Virus record (IMG/VR): IMGVR_UViG_3300008113_007374
Reading direction: 5' to 3' (one strand)
Source: an uncultured virus (IMG/VR IMGVR_UViG_3300008113_007374)
Lineage: Duplodnaviria; Heunggongvirae; Uroviricota; Caudoviricetes
Length of the DNA: 60,372 bases
Positions 29,993 through 40,676 of the stretch are shown in pieces. The stretch's first letter is position 1. Every line of letters starts with the position of its first letter. A model generated the notes under the pieces. That model saw only the letters and a list, made by a program, of their open reading frames with translations, made no database searches and had not been told where the DNA came from. The position numbers and the translations under genes are program-made.

Positions 29993-30610
29993 ATGTCAAA
30001 CGATTTAATGCAAAAATTAGCAATATCAAAAAAAATAATGGACGTTCATTCAGGTATACAAAGAGGAACCGCAACACCATCAATGCCTATGGTAGAAAAT
30101 TTTGAAACACCAAACGCATCTTACAATATTCCACAAGAATATATGGGTGAAATTTCACAACCAAAACCAAATTTTGACCCAACACAACCATTAGATGAAA
30201 GTAGAATTAAAAATTCAAAACTACCTGATGAAATTAAAAGACTAATGATTGAACAACCGATAGTTCAACCAAGTTCTATGGGTGGTAGTGCAGCAATTAG
30301 TGATGATATTATTGAGGGAGCTCAAAGATTAATGAATATAAATAAAAACACATCTACTCAACAACCACAATCAGTTAAGATTCCAACAACTAACCAACAA
30401 CAATCATCTCCATATAATTTCAATATGAATGAAATGAAATCTATGATACGCGATGTAGTAAGAGACACAGTAAGAGACGTTGTAAGAGAAGAACTAAAAG
30501 AAGCCGGAATGTTAGTAGAATCCACAAGTAATTCTAACGATACAATACAATTTAAAGTGGGTAATCACTTGTTTGTTGGTAAAGTAAACAAGATTAAAAA
30601 ACTACAATAA
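29993..30610 (+). CDS. Hypothetical phage protein (205 aa)
   Basis: Clean ORF ending at a terminator; low-complexity P/Q/N linkers. Confidence 0.6.
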   Translation: MSNDLMQKLAISKKIMDVHSGIQRGTATPSMPMVENFETPNASYNIPQEYMGEISQPKPNFDPTQPLDESRIKNSKLPDEIKRLMIEQPIVQPSSMGGSAAISDDIIEGAQRLMNINKNTSTQQPQSVKIPTTNQQQSSPYNFNMNEMKSMIRDVVRDTVRDVVREELKEAGMLVESTSNSNDTIQFKVGNHLFVGKVNKIKKLQ

Positions 30611-30630
30611 ATAAATAACATTGTAATGTT

Positions 30631-30659
30631 AATCCACTCTCAAAAGGGGTGGATTTTTT
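30631..30659 (+). terminator. Rho-independent terminator
   Basis: AATCCACTCT-CAAA-AGGGGTGGATT followed by a T run; separates the late operon from the glycan locus. Confidence 0.75.
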
Positions 30660-30696
30660 ATTTTAAATACATTACTTTTATTATAAAAAAAATAAT

Positions 30697-31911
30697 ATGA
30701 GTAAAATAAAAGTTTTAGTATTACCGTCAGACAAAACGGGAGTTGGGAAATTTAGAAGTGTTGACCCACATGTCTGTCTACAAAATAATCACGCGGATGA
30801 ATTTCATATTGATATTGATTACGAACCAAAAGTTAATGATTTAAACTATTGGAAACAATACGATATAGTTCATTTCCACAGAACGGTTGGTCATGATTAT
30901 GAAAACTCAGTTAACTTAATTCAAAAATTAAATAATTTAGGTATCGTCACTATAATGGACTTAGATGATTATTGGTTACCAACAAAAGAGCATCCAGTTC
31001 ATCAAATGGTTATACAAACAGAATTACATAAAAAAATTATTAATAACCTAAAAGTTGCTGGTCATGTTACCACAACTACATCTATTTTTGCAAAAGAAAT
31101 ATCTAAATTTAATAAAAATGTTTACGTACTTCCAAATGCGATTAATCCAAAAGAACCTCAATTTAATGCTAAAACTGAACCATCCGATAAGTTAAGATTT
31201 GGTTGGTTAGGTGGTTCATCTCACCTTCACGATTTAAAACTTTTAGATGGAACTATGAATAAATTAACACCATTAAAAGATAAATTTAGTATGTATCTTT
31301 GTGGTTTTGATATTAGAGGAACGGTTACTGAAATCAATCAACAAACAGGTGAACAAAAACAACGTGATATTAAACCTGAAGAGACTGTTTGGTCAAGATA
31401 TGAAGAAATATTTACTGATAATTACAAATTAGTTAATCCATCACATAAAGATTTTTTAATGAAATTTGTTGAAGAAGAATATAAATCAGATGAATTACCT
31501 TTCTATAATAGAGTTTGGACTAAACCAGTAACAAGTTATGCTAATAACTATAAATGGTTTGATGTATCATTAGCCCCAATTAAAAATCACATTTTTAATA
31601 GAGTTAAATCACAATTAAAAGTAATTGAGGCGGGATTCTATAAAAAAGCAATCATCGCCTCTAATGTTGGTCCATATACTGTCGATTTAAAACACGCTAT
31701 GAAAAATGGTGAATTTACAGATGGTAATGCATTACTTGTTGATGAAGCAAGAAGTCATAGTGATTGGGCTAAATACATGAAAAAATTAATCGATAACCCT
31801 AACTTCGCATACGATTTAGGTCAAAGATTGTATGAAACAGTTAAAGACACATATGATTTAAATAAAGTAACAAGAGATAGAGCAGAATTATATAAATCCT
31901 TAGTAAAATGA
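30697..31911 (+). CDS. GT-B (GT4-like) glycosyltransferase
   Basis: DLDDYW, FGWLGGSSHLHDL, DVSLAPI...FNRVKSQLKVIEAG, IIASNVGPY. Confidence 0.8.
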   Translation: MSKIKVLVLPSDKTGVGKFRSVDPHVCLQNNHADEFHIDIDYEPKVNDLNYWKQYDIVHFHRTVGHDYENSVNLIQKLNNLGIVTIMDLDDYWLPTKEHPVHQMVIQTELHKKIINNLKVAGHVTTTTSIFAKEISKFNKNVYVLPNAINPKEPQFNAKTEPSDKLRFGWLGGSSHLHDLKLLDGTMNKLTPLKDKFSMYLCGFDIRGTVTEINQQTGEQKQRDIKPEETVWSRYEEIFTDNYKLVNPSHKDFLMKFVEEEYKSDELPFYNRVWTKPVTSYANNYKWFDVSLAPIKNHIFNRVKSQLKVIEAGFYKKAIIASNVGPYTVDLKHAMKNGEFTDGNALLVDEARSHSDWAKYMKKLIDNPNFAYDLGQRLYETVKDTYDLNKVTRDRAELYKSLVK

Positions 31912-32636
31912 TAAACATACCTATTAACAAAATTTTATTTTTAGATATCGAGACTGTCGGTATTTGTAAAGATTGGAGCACTTGTCAAAACACCAATCCA
32001 AAAATTGCAGAACAATTTGTTAAATACTTTGATTGGTTTTTAAAACGTTTCCCTGAAGACGATGTAGAAACAAACGGGTTGGAAGATGAAATGCAAAAAA
32101 TGAATGATGTATATGCAAAAAGAACTGCACTAGTTCCTGAATTTGCGAAAATTGTTTGTGTGTCTGTCGCATTTGTTATGGAGAATGGAGAAGTTAAAAA
32201 ACAAAGTTTTTCAGGTGATAATGAACATGACTTACTAATGGAAGTAAGAACCCTTTTAGATAGATGTAGTAAATTAGATTTCTATCTATGTGGGCATAAC
32301 CTAAAGAACTTTGATATACCTATGTTGGCAAAACGTATGATTATTAATGGTATTAGACCATCCAAAATGTTACCTTCATACGATACTAAGCCTTGGGAAG
32401 TTAAAGCGATTGACACTAAAGAAATTTGGCAATACGGAGCCTACTCATCAATTGGTTCATTAGATTTGATGTGTGCCTGTTTAGAAATACCTACCCCTAA
32501 AGACGGACCCATAAATGGTGGTATGGTTCACGAAGCTTACTGGTCACACAATAGATTAACTGAAATTGTAGAATATTGCGAAAAAGATGTCGAAGTATTA
32601 ATAAACGGAATTTTAAAATTAAAATCATTAAAATAA
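31908..32636 (+). CDS. Standalone PolB-type 3'-5' exonuclease (DEDD)
   Basis: LFLDIETV, GHNLKNFDIP, YCEKDV. Confidence 0.85.
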   Translation: MINIPINKILFLDIETVGICKDWSTCQNTNPKIAEQFVKYFDWFLKRFPEDDVETNGLEDEMQKMNDVYAKRTALVPEFAKIVCVSVAFVMENGEVKKQSFSGDNEHDLLMEVRTLLDRCSKLDFYLCGHNLKNFDIPMLAKRMIINGIRPSKMLPSYDTKPWEVKAIDTKEIWQYGAYSSIGSLDLMCACLEIPTPKDGPINGGMVHEAYWSHNRLTEIVEYCEKDVEVLINGILKLKSLK

Positions 32637-32637
32637 T

Positions 32638-33255
32638 ATGTTTAAAGAAATTAAAGAAGCTAGAGAACAATTTAAAATGTTAAAAGACCTACAATCTAAA
32701 ATAGGTAATATTGACATGAATAACCCTGAAGAAATGTTAAAATCAATGGGGTTTAATCTAAACGATATAAATAAACATTTTGAAGAAATTGATGATGAAA
32801 TGTCATCAGATTATATGAAAGTAAATTTAAACTATGTAAATGATAGTGAAAATAAAAATCCTTCTTATGTTTATGATTATGATTCAGGTTTTGATTTAAG
32901 GTCTAATGAAGAAGTATTATTAAATCCTTTTGATAGAGCGTTGGTTCCGACAGGTTTAAAATTTGATATTCCTCCTGGATATGAAATTCAAGTCAGGTCA
33001 AAAAGTGGATTAGCATTAAAAGAAGGATTAATGGTATTAAATTCACCAGGAACTGTAGACAATGGATATACAGGTGAAATAAAGGTTATTATTTTTAACA
33101 CAACAAATCAAACAAAAAAAATTGAAAAGGGTCAAAAAATCGCACAAGCAGTACTTAGTCCTGTTGCGATTGCCAAATTAGTTAACCTTATTCAAGTTAA
33201 AGAAATAAAAGAAAAAGATAGAAACGAAAATGGTTTCGGAAGTACAGGTTTATGA
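32638..33255 (+). CDS. dut: Trimeric dUTPase with ~55-aa N-terminal extension
   Basis: SGFDL, VRSKSGLA, NSPGTVDNGYTGEI, KIAQ, RNENGFGSTG. Confidence 0.93.
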   Translation: MFKEIKEAREQFKMLKDLQSKIGNIDMNNPEEMLKSMGFNLNDINKHFEEIDDEMSSDYMKVNLNYVNDSENKNPSYVYDYDSGFDLRSNEEVLLNPFDRALVPTGLKFDIPPGYEIQVRSKSGLALKEGLMVLNSPGTVDNGYTGEIKVIIFNTTNQTKKIEKGQKIAQAVLSPVAIAKLVNLIQVKEIKEKDRNENGFGSTGL

Positions 33256-34892
33256 TTACAATAGGTTTTTCTTCAAGAAAGGTAGATAGTAATTTTATTG
33301 AGTTGTTAAAAAAAACGTGTGGAGTTTCTAATCCAGAAATCATCCCAATTGAAAATGAAGGAAAGTATTCTTTACCTGAAGCTTATAATATGATTTTAGA
33401 ACAATCAACAAATGATATTGTTGTTTTGTGTCATGATGACATTTACTTTGATAGTAAGAATTGGGGTAGTAAGATTTTAAAACATTTTAAAAGAAATCCT
33501 GAATATGGGATTTTAGGACTAGCAGGTTCAACACAACTTCCATCAACCGCAAAATGGTGGGAAGACTTTTCTAAAATGAAAGGTATTGTAAATCATGAAC
33601 ACGAAGGTAAAAAATGGGAATCAAAATATTCCTCAAGTTTAGGTAATCAAATAGATGATGTAGTTTTAGTTGATGGTCTTTTTATTGTTATAAATAAAAA
33701 AAATATTAGAGAAACTTTTAATGAAGAAATAAAAGGATTTCACTTCTACGATGTTGATTTTTCATTTAGAAACTTTATAGAAGACGTTAAGATTGGGGTT
33801 ATGTATGACGTTAGAGTCACACATAAATCAATTGGAGCGACTAACGAAGAATGGGAAAAAAATAGGATTATTTTTTCTGAAAGACACAAAGACATTCTTC
33901 CTGTAAAAATCAAAAGAAACCTAACATTAGAATCACCGATTAAAGTTTTACTATCTTGTTTATTTTTTAAAACCTTTACTGGTTCTGAAATGTATGTTTA
34001 TGAATTAGCCAAAGGGTTAAAAAAACTTAATTGTGATGTTACGGTTCTTTCAGATATTGAAGGTCCGCTTTCAAAATTAGCATCCCAACAAGGAATAAAA
34101 GTGTTACCATTCTCTAACCCACCAGGTTATAAAATGGGTGACGGAAAATGGGGATTCAATACCCCTCAAGGTGTTGTTACAAGTCAACCAAATATGATGT
34201 ATAAAATGTCAGATGTAAATTTTGATATTATGCATATTCAACACAATCCAATTTCAAAACAAATTACGGAGATGTATCCAAATACCCCAAAAATATCAAC
34301 GATACACTCTGAGGTAATTGAATTAGAAAATCCTTTTATACACGAATCAATAAAAAAATATATTTGCATTAGACCAGAAATACAAAAACATATAGTTAAT
34401 AACTTTAACATTAGTTCATCTGACACTGAAGTTATTTATAATCCAATAGACACTAAAAGATTTAATACTAAAAATACGAAGACATATCCCTATGTATTAT
34501 TTGTTGGAACAATTGATTATTTACGAGAAAAAACAATTAGAGATTTAGTTGAGTATTCAAAATCAATAGGTAAAGAACTTTGGTTAGTTGGTGAAAACAA
34601 ATCAAATTATTTACCGGAGTTGTTAGAAAACACACATGTTAAGCATTTTGGTGCAACTAATAAAGTTGAGGAATATGTGAAAAATTGTAGTGAGACCGCA
34701 GGAATTTTATTAGGTAGAACAACAATAGAAGGTTGGATGTGTGGTAAGTCAGGATGGATTTACAATGTCGACAATTATGGTAATATTATAGAAAAAAATA
34801 AATATGAAGTCCCTTCTGACATTAATAAATTTAATTCAGAAGAAGTTGCTAAAAAAATAAAAAAAGAATATATCAAAATTTTAAATGATTAA
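33252..34892 (+). CDS. Two-domain glycosyltransferase (GT2-like plus GT4-like)
   Basis: N-terminal LCHDD, VDGLF, FHFYDVDF; C-terminal TGSEMYVYELA, IYNPID, GRTTIEG. Confidence 0.8.
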   Translation: MITIGFSSRKVDSNFIELLKKTCGVSNPEIIPIENEGKYSLPEAYNMILEQSTNDIVVLCHDDIYFDSKNWGSKILKHFKRNPEYGILGLAGSTQLPSTAKWWEDFSKMKGIVNHEHEGKKWESKYSSSLGNQIDDVVLVDGLFIVINKKNIRETFNEEIKGFHFYDVDFSFRNFIEDVKIGVMYDVRVTHKSIGATNEEWEKNRIIFSERHKDILPVKIKRNLTLESPIKVLLSCLFFKTFTGSEMYVYELAKGLKKLNCDVTVLSDIEGPLSKLASQQGIKVLPFSNPPGYKMGDGKWGFNTPQGVVTSQPNMMYKMSDVNFDIMHIQHNPISKQITEMYPNTPKISTIHSEVIELENPFIHESIKKYICIRPEIQKHIVNNFNISSSDTEVIYNPIDTKRFNTKNTKTYPYVLFVGTIDYLREKTIRDLVEYSKSIGKELWLVGENKSNYLPELLENTHVKHFGATNKVEEYVKNCSETAGILLGRTTIEGWMCGKSGWIYNVDNYGNIIEKNKYEVPSDINKFNSEEVAKKIKKEYIKILND

Positions 34893-35613
34893 AGTTGTTA
34901 GTTGTTTTTGGAATGCCGAAAACTATATTGAAAAATGTATTAATTCAGTTAAAAATCAATTACATAAAAATTTCAAAATGTACTTGGTTGATGATGTTTC
35001 CACTGATAATACGGTGAAAATAATAAAAAAACTAATTGAGGGGGATGATAGGTTTATACTAATAGAAAATAAAGAAAAAAAATATAAACTAAAAAACATG
35101 GATGATTTATTAATGGATGAATTATTATTCAAAGATGATGACGTTATTGTTGAATTGGATGGGGATGATTGGTTGTATGATGATAAAGTCTTAGGGTTTA
35201 TTAACAACAAATATGAAAAAAATAAAGATTTATGGTTAACTAACGGAAGTTTTGTTTATTCAAATGGTAGAATAGGATTTTCAAATAAAGTAAAATATAA
35301 AACAGTTAGAACGGATATTTTTTCGTTCTCACATTTGAGAACATGGAAAGTTCATCTTTGGCGTAATATTGATGAATCATCATTTACCGATGAAAATGGA
35401 GAATATTTTAAAGCAGCTCCTGATGTTGCATACTCATACCCTATGATTGAGATGTGTGGTGATAAACATTATGAATTTATACCTGAAATATTACTAGTAT
35501 ATAATGAAGAAAATCCACATAACGAACACAAAGAAAATGCTCGTGCAGGACAAACAGAACAACAAAGATGTGCAAACATAATAAGAAACTTAGAAAAATA
35601 TAAACCACTATAA
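34885..35613 (+). CDS. GT2-family glycosyltransferase
   Basis: NAENYIEKCINSV, VDDVSTD, ELDGDDWL. Confidence 0.88.
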   Translation: MIKVVSCFWNAENYIEKCINSVKNQLHKNFKMYLVDDVSTDNTVKIIKKLIEGDDRFILIENKEKKYKLKNMDDLLMDELLFKDDDVIVELDGDDWLYDDKVLGFINNKYEKNKDLWLTNGSFVYSNGRIGFSNKVKYKTVRTDIFSFSHLRTWKVHLWRNIDESSFTDENGEYFKAAPDVAYSYPMIEMCGDKHYEFIPEILLVYNEENPHNEHKENARAGQTEQQRCANIIRNLEKYKPL

Positions 35614-35614
35614 T

Positions 35615-37261
35615 ATGGAAAATTTTTATTCAACTGCTTATTTGATGGGCGGCTTAGGTAATCAAATGTTTCAAATCGCACATGCGGTTTGTCAAGGATT
35701 AAAAAATAACAAAGAAAGTGTTTTTGAACCCGTGTCTTATACCCCAATGTCACAATCTAAACAAACTATTAATTATGTTGATAACATTTTTAAAAATGTA
35801 AAATTTGTTGATAAAATTATTAATAAAAAAAGAGTTTCTGAAGAAACATGGAATAAACCTAATTTAAATTTTTCTTGGGATAGTAATATAGAATTCTATG
35901 GTTATTACCAAAGTTTAAACAATTTTTTTGGTTATGATGAACATGTAAAAAAAATGTTTGGTCCTGATAATAATTTTATTGCAAAATTAAAATCTTTGTA
36001 TCCAAATTTTAAAAATGAAAAATCAACTTCAATACACATTAGAAGAGGTGATTATCTTACCATAAACGACATACTACCATCAGTAGATTTAAGTTATATT
36101 AATTATTGTATAAATCTTTTGGATGACTTAACTGATGTATTTTATGTTTTTAGTGATGATATTAATTGGGTTAAAAATAATATTAAATCTTCTAAAGCGG
36201 TTTTTGTTGACCAGTTACAAGATTATGAAGATTTATGGATGATGAGTTTATGTGAAAATAACGTAATATCAAACTCAACATTTTCATGGTGGTCCGCGTT
36301 TTTAAATAAAAACAAAAATAAAAAAGTTTTATGTCCAAGTATGTGGTTTGGACCTAAAGGTTTTAAAGATTATGATAACATATATGTTGATGGGTGGGTC
36401 AAAGTAAACGTTAATTATGATAATGGTTTATTAGTAAAAACAAAAAACGACACTATTAATCTTATAGACTTAACATTTGCACATTCAAAAATAGGTTACT
36501 GCAGTGATTACCAAGATTCATTATTTTTTAAATGGAAACGAGAAAATTTTAATAAAAACGATAATGATTTTGTTGTTTATACCGACGCCAGATTAGGGGA
36601 AGTTACAAATAACTATAATTCTATCGCTTGGTTAATTGAGCCAAAAGAAATTGCATCTTATACATATGATTTTATTGTTAATAACAATAATAAATTTAAA
36701 AAAGTGTTCACACACGAAAAGTCACTATTAGACAAGGGTGAAAATTATGAATTATTACCATTTGGATGTTGTTGGATAAAACCTGAGGACCAAAAAATTT
36801 ACAACAAATCAAAAATGATAAGTATAATATCATCAAATAAGACTCAAACAAATGGTCACAGATTAAGACACGATATTATTAACCAATTAAATGGTAAAAT
36901 AGACGTATACGGTAGAACTTATAACCCAATAGACTATAAACTTGACGGACTAAAAGAATATAAATTTCACATCGTAGTGGAAAATACTAAAAGAGATTAT
37001 TGGTTTACTGAAAAACTAATTGATTGTTTTGTAACAGGAACAGTACCAATTTATTGGGGGTGTCCTTCAATAGGTGATTTTTTTGACACTAACGGTATGA
37101 TTATTTTTGACAATGTTGAGGAGTTAGTGGACATCATAAATAATTTATCTATAGATGACTATATAAAAAGACTAGAAAGTATTAAAAATAATTTTAATAA
37201 ATCAAAAAAATATTTGTTGCCAGATGATATTATTTACAAAAAACTTACTTTAAAAATATAA
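35615..37261 (+). CDS. GT11 (alpha-1,2-fucosyl/colitosyltransferase-like) fused to a GT10-like fucosyltransferase domain
   Basis: GT11: GGLGNQMFQ, GYYQS, HIRRGDY, NSTFSWW. GT10-like: YKFHIVVEN, TEKLIDCF, VPIYWG. Confidence 0.85.
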   Translation: MENFYSTAYLMGGLGNQMFQIAHAVCQGLKNNKESVFEPVSYTPMSQSKQTINYVDNIFKNVKFVDKIINKKRVSEETWNKPNLNFSWDSNIEFYGYYQSLNNFFGYDEHVKKMFGPDNNFIAKLKSLYPNFKNEKSTSIHIRRGDYLTINDILPSVDLSYINYCINLLDDLTDVFYVFSDDINWVKNNIKSSKAVFVDQLQDYEDLWMMSLCENNVISNSTFSWWSAFLNKNKNKKVLCPSMWFGPKGFKDYDNIYVDGWVKVNVNYDNGLLVKTKNDTINLIDLTFAHSKIGYCSDYQDSLFFKWKRENFNKNDNDFVVYTDARLGEVTNNYNSIAWLIEPKEIASYTYDFIVNNNNKFKKVFTHEKSLLDKGENYELLPFGCCWIKPEDQKIYNKSKMISIISSNKTQTNGHRLRHDIINQLNGKIDVYGRTYNPIDYKLDGLKEYKFHIVVENTKRDYWFTEKLIDCFVTGTVPIYWGCPSIGDFFDTNGMIIFDNVEELVDIINNLSIDDYIKRLESIKNNFNKSKKYLLPDDIIYKKLTLKI

Positions 37262-37269
37262 AAAATATT

Positions 37270-37989
37270 ATGAAAAATTTAAAAGATATTATAAACCTTG
37301 AGAAAGACAAAACATCATTTGTTTGTGGTTTAGGACCTTCTCTTTCGGACACTATAGGACATATTATAAAAGAAAGGAAAAATATAGTTTTAGTTTCTTG
37401 TAACGATATTGATTTGATAAGTGATTTACAACCTAACTATTGGGTTTGGGCGAATACACAACAAGTTGGTAGTTTAATTGATAGATTAAAAAGAATGCCC
37501 AACACATCACTTGTACATGCAGACTCAGTAGACTCAACACCTAGATGGTGGATTGAAAAAAATTTAGGAAATTTAAATTATGTGGGTTACGACCAAAGAC
37601 ACTTTAATAATAAAACGTGTTATAGTTGTTCGAACGGATGTCAAAATTTTATTAGTGATAGATTAACAATACAAGAAGAGTTACAAAAATTTACAGGTAA
37701 TGTTGAGAAATATAGTGAGGGGGATACTGTTGCTGTACATATGTTAGCCCTATCTATATTATTGGGGTGTAAAAAAATATACGTATCAGGGGTAGATTTA
37801 GACTATAAAAAAGGTTATTTTGGTTCTTATATGACACCAATATCGGCAACGGAATTTGACTCAACTATACCTAATATGTTAAATGATTTTAGAATTATTA
37901 ACGATAGTGCTAAAAAAATTGGCGTTGAGATAATAAACACCAGTGTAGAATCACGTCTAAGTGAAATTTTAAAAACTGAAAAAATATGA
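37270..37989 (+). CDS. Maf/DUF115-like (sialyltransferase-like) protein
   Basis: VCGLGPSL, VSCND, TVAVHMLALSILLGCKKIYVSGVD; adjacent to neuA/neuB-like genes. Confidence 0.65.
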   Translation: MKNLKDIINLEKDKTSFVCGLGPSLSDTIGHIIKERKNIVLVSCNDIDLISDLQPNYWVWANTQQVGSLIDRLKRMPNTSLVHADSVDSTPRWWIEKNLGNLNYVGYDQRHFNNKTCYSCSNGCQNFISDRLTIQEELQKFTGNVEKYSEGDTVAVHMLALSILLGCKKIYVSGVDLDYKKGYFGSYMTPISATEFDSTIPNMLNDFRIINDSAKKIGVEIINTSVESRLSEILKTEKI

Positions 37990-38684
37990 GTTCAATATTT
38001 AATCCTAATTATGTTCAAAAAACATATAAAGAAAATAAATCAGATTACCCAAAAAAGTTAGTTAACTATATTATAAAAAAATATAACATAAAAGAAGGAG
38101 ATAAGATTTTAGATATCGGATGTGGTGATGGAGTAATAACAAAATGTTTTATTGAATGTGGTATAGATGCTTATGGAATGGACATATCAAATTCCTCAAA
38201 AGAAAACATACCGTCAAAAAAATTTAAATCTTATAATTTAAACGAAAAAAAATACCCATTTAAAGATGAAAAATTTGATTTTATTTTTTCAAAATCTGTT
38301 GTTGAGCATCTACAAAATCCGGATATTTTATTAGATGAATCATATAGAATGTTAAAAAAGGGAGGCGTATTAATTTGTATGGCTCCAAGTTGGAAACATT
38401 CATATAAGGAAGCCTTCTATATTGACCACACACATGTTACACCTTTTACTAGATATTCATTAGAAACCGCTTGTGACCTATCTGGGTTTGTTTCTGAGTG
38501 TGAATATTTTTATCAATTACCGTTAACGTGGAAATATCCATTTTTAAATATTTTTAGATACATCATTCAAAAATTACCTTTACCATACTCACCATTTGAA
38601 AAAGTATTATGGGGTAAAAAAACAAACAAAATTATTAGATTCTCAAAAGAAGCTATGTTAATTTGTAAAGCAGAAAAAAAATGA
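37986..38684 (+). CDS. Class I SAM-dependent methyltransferase
   Basis: ILDIGCGDG, FDFIFSKSVVEHL, LKKGG. Confidence 0.88.
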   Translation: MSSIFNPNYVQKTYKENKSDYPKKLVNYIIKKYNIKEGDKILDIGCGDGVITKCFIECGIDAYGMDISNSSKENIPSKKFKSYNLNEKKYPFKDEKFDFIFSKSVVEHLQNPDILLDESYRMLKKGGVLICMAPSWKHSYKEAFYIDHTHVTPFTRYSLETACDLSGFVSECEYFYQLPLTWKYPFLNIFRYIIQKLPLPYSPFEKVLWGKKTNKIIRFSKEAMLICKAEKK

Positions 38685-39349
38685 TTGCCTTAATTTTAGC
38701 AAGGGGTGGTAGTAAGGGTATCCCAAAAAAAAACATAAAAGAATTAATCGGTAAACCTTTAATTGAATATGTTATTACTTCAGCTAAACAATCAAAGAAA
38801 ATTAAAGACATATATGTTTCTTCCGATGACGAAGAGATAATTGAGATATCAAAAAATTTAGGGTGTAAAACCATCATGAGACCTTACGAATTATCAACTG
38901 ACACATCTTTAGATATAGATTCTTTTAGACATTTTTGTAAATTACTAAACCATACGGAACCAATTATACATTTAAGAGCAACAACTCCTTTAGTAAATTC
39001 ATTAGTTATTGATGATGCCATTGAAGTGTTTTTAAAAAATAAAAACAAAATAACAAGTCTTAGGTCCGCACATGAAACTTCAGAATCTGTATATAAATTT
39101 TATAAAAAAAATGGTGAGTTTTGGAGACCTATAGTTGATAACTTGGATACTAATTTACCCAGACAGAGTTATCCTAAAACATATTCACCTAACGGTTATG
39201 TTGATATAGTCAAACCTGAAATTTTTATGAACTCGGATAGTTTTTATGGGGATAGAATTTATTCATTTATTACCGATAAAACTTATGAAATTGACACTAT
39301 TGATGATTTTAATTATATTGAGTATATCTTAAGTAAAAAAAATGTATAA
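38681..39349 (+). CDS. neuA: Acylneuraminate (CMP-ulosonate) cytidylyltransferase
   Basis: ILARGGSKGIPKKNI, VSSDD, LRATTPL, PRQ, EIDTIDDF. Confidence 0.9.
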   Translation: MIALILARGGSKGIPKKNIKELIGKPLIEYVITSAKQSKKIKDIYVSSDDEEIIEISKNLGCKTIMRPYELSTDTSLDIDSFRHFCKLLNHTEPIIHLRATTPLVNSLVIDDAIEVFLKNKNKITSLRSAHETSESVYKFYKKNGEFWRPIVDNLDTNLPRQSYPKTYSPNGYVDIVKPEIFMNSDSFYGDRIYSFITDKTYEIDTIDDFNYIEYILSKKNV

Positions 39350-40676
39350 GTTTCAGTTAACACCATTTAAATGTGATTTTGTAAAAACTCGTTATAGAAA
39401 CATTACAACATCAATTCCATCACCACAATCATTAGATTATTTAAATGATTGTATCAAGTATGAGCCAAATTCAATGAATGACCAACTACCTGTTGTGTGG
39501 GACTCAGCATCAGACTATTCAATTTATGATATATCAGGTAATAAATGGATAGATTTTACCTCGTCAATATTTGTTGCAAATGTTGGTCACTCAAACCCAA
39601 AAGTAAAAGAGGCGATTATCTCTACAACTAATAAAAATTTATTAAACGCATATTATTACCCAACCAAAGAGAGGTCTGAATTTTCTAAACTATTAGTTGA
39701 TATAACACCTAAAAATTTAGATAAAGTTTTATTTTTATCTACGGGTTCTGAGGCTGTTGAGTGTGCGATTAAAATGTCAATTAAACATACTGGTAAAAAC
39801 AAAATCATTTCATTTAATAATGGTTATCATGGTAAAACTATGGGCTCTGCAATGGCGGGTGGTAAATTTAAATCACAAGAATGGATACCCGTTAAAACAT
39901 ACGTAACACATTTACCTTATCCTGATACCATAACATTAGAAAACGAAGGATTGTTACCTCAAGAACTTTTTGAAAAATATTTTAAAGATATTAATCCTTA
40001 TGAGTATTCCGCAGTAATTATGGAACCTTACCAAGGATGGTCGGCAGAATTTGCATCAAAAGAATATGTTAAATTATTAAAAAAATGGTGTGAAGATAAT
40101 AAAGTTTTATTAATAATTGACGAGATACAATCAGGGTTTGGTAGGACTGGTAAATTATTTGCTTATGAACATTTTGATGTAACTCCCGATATAATTGTTT
40201 GCGCTAAAGGTATATCATCATCATTACCATTATCTTGCGTTATAACTAATAATAAAATTGTTAACAACGATATGTCATACAACAGTACACACGGGGGTAA
40301 CCCTGTTGCGGTTGCCGCGTCAAAAGCTTCTGTAGAATATCTTTTAGATAATGATTTGATTAACGAATCATATCGGAAAGGTAAGATAATGGAAACGGAA
40401 TTATTAAAGTGGAAAGAAGAAATGCCTGATTATGTAAAAAAAATAAACTGTAAAGGATTATTGGCGGGGGTTTTCATCAAATCACCAAATGGAAATGACG
40501 TTGATTTTGTTGATATGATAATAGAAGTTGCAATGAGAAAAGGTTTATTATCAATTAGGACACAATCAGGAACATTAAAAATAGGTCCTCCATTAACTAT
40601 TGATGATGATGCGTTAATTGAAGGTATCGGAGTTTTAAAAGAAAGTTTGATAGAATGTTTAGGCACGTTGGTATAG
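39342..40676 (+). CDS. Class III PLP-dependent aminotransferase
   Basis: STGSEAVE, YHGKT, MEPYQG, DEIQSGFGRTG, AKG, STHGGNP. Confidence 0.92.
   Translation: MYKFQLTPFKCDFVKTRYRNITTSIPSPQSLDYLNDCIKYEPNSMNDQLPVVWDSASDYSIYDISGNKWIDFTSSIFVANVGHSNPKVKEAIISTTNKNLLNAYYYPTKERSEFSKLLVDITPKNLDKVLFLSTGSEAVECAIKMSIKHTGKNKIISFNNGYHGKTMGSAMAGGKFKSQEWIPVKTYVTHLPYPDTITLENEGLLPQELFEKYFKDINPYEYSAVIMEPYQGWSAEFASKEYVKLLKKWCEDNKVLLIIDEIQSGFGRTGKLFAYEHFDVTPDIIVCAKGISSSLPLSCVITNNKIVNNDMSYNSTHGGNPVAVAASKASVEYLLDNDLINESYRKGKIMETELLKWKEEMPDYVKKINCKGLLAGVFIKSPNGNDVDFVDMIIEVAMRKGLLSIRTQSGTLKIGPPLTIDDDALIEGIGVLKESLIECLGTLV

Noticed and set aside
30455..30490. Triple GTAAGAGA repeat
   Set aside because: Encodes the helical peptide DVVRDTVRDVVRE; explained by protein periodicity.
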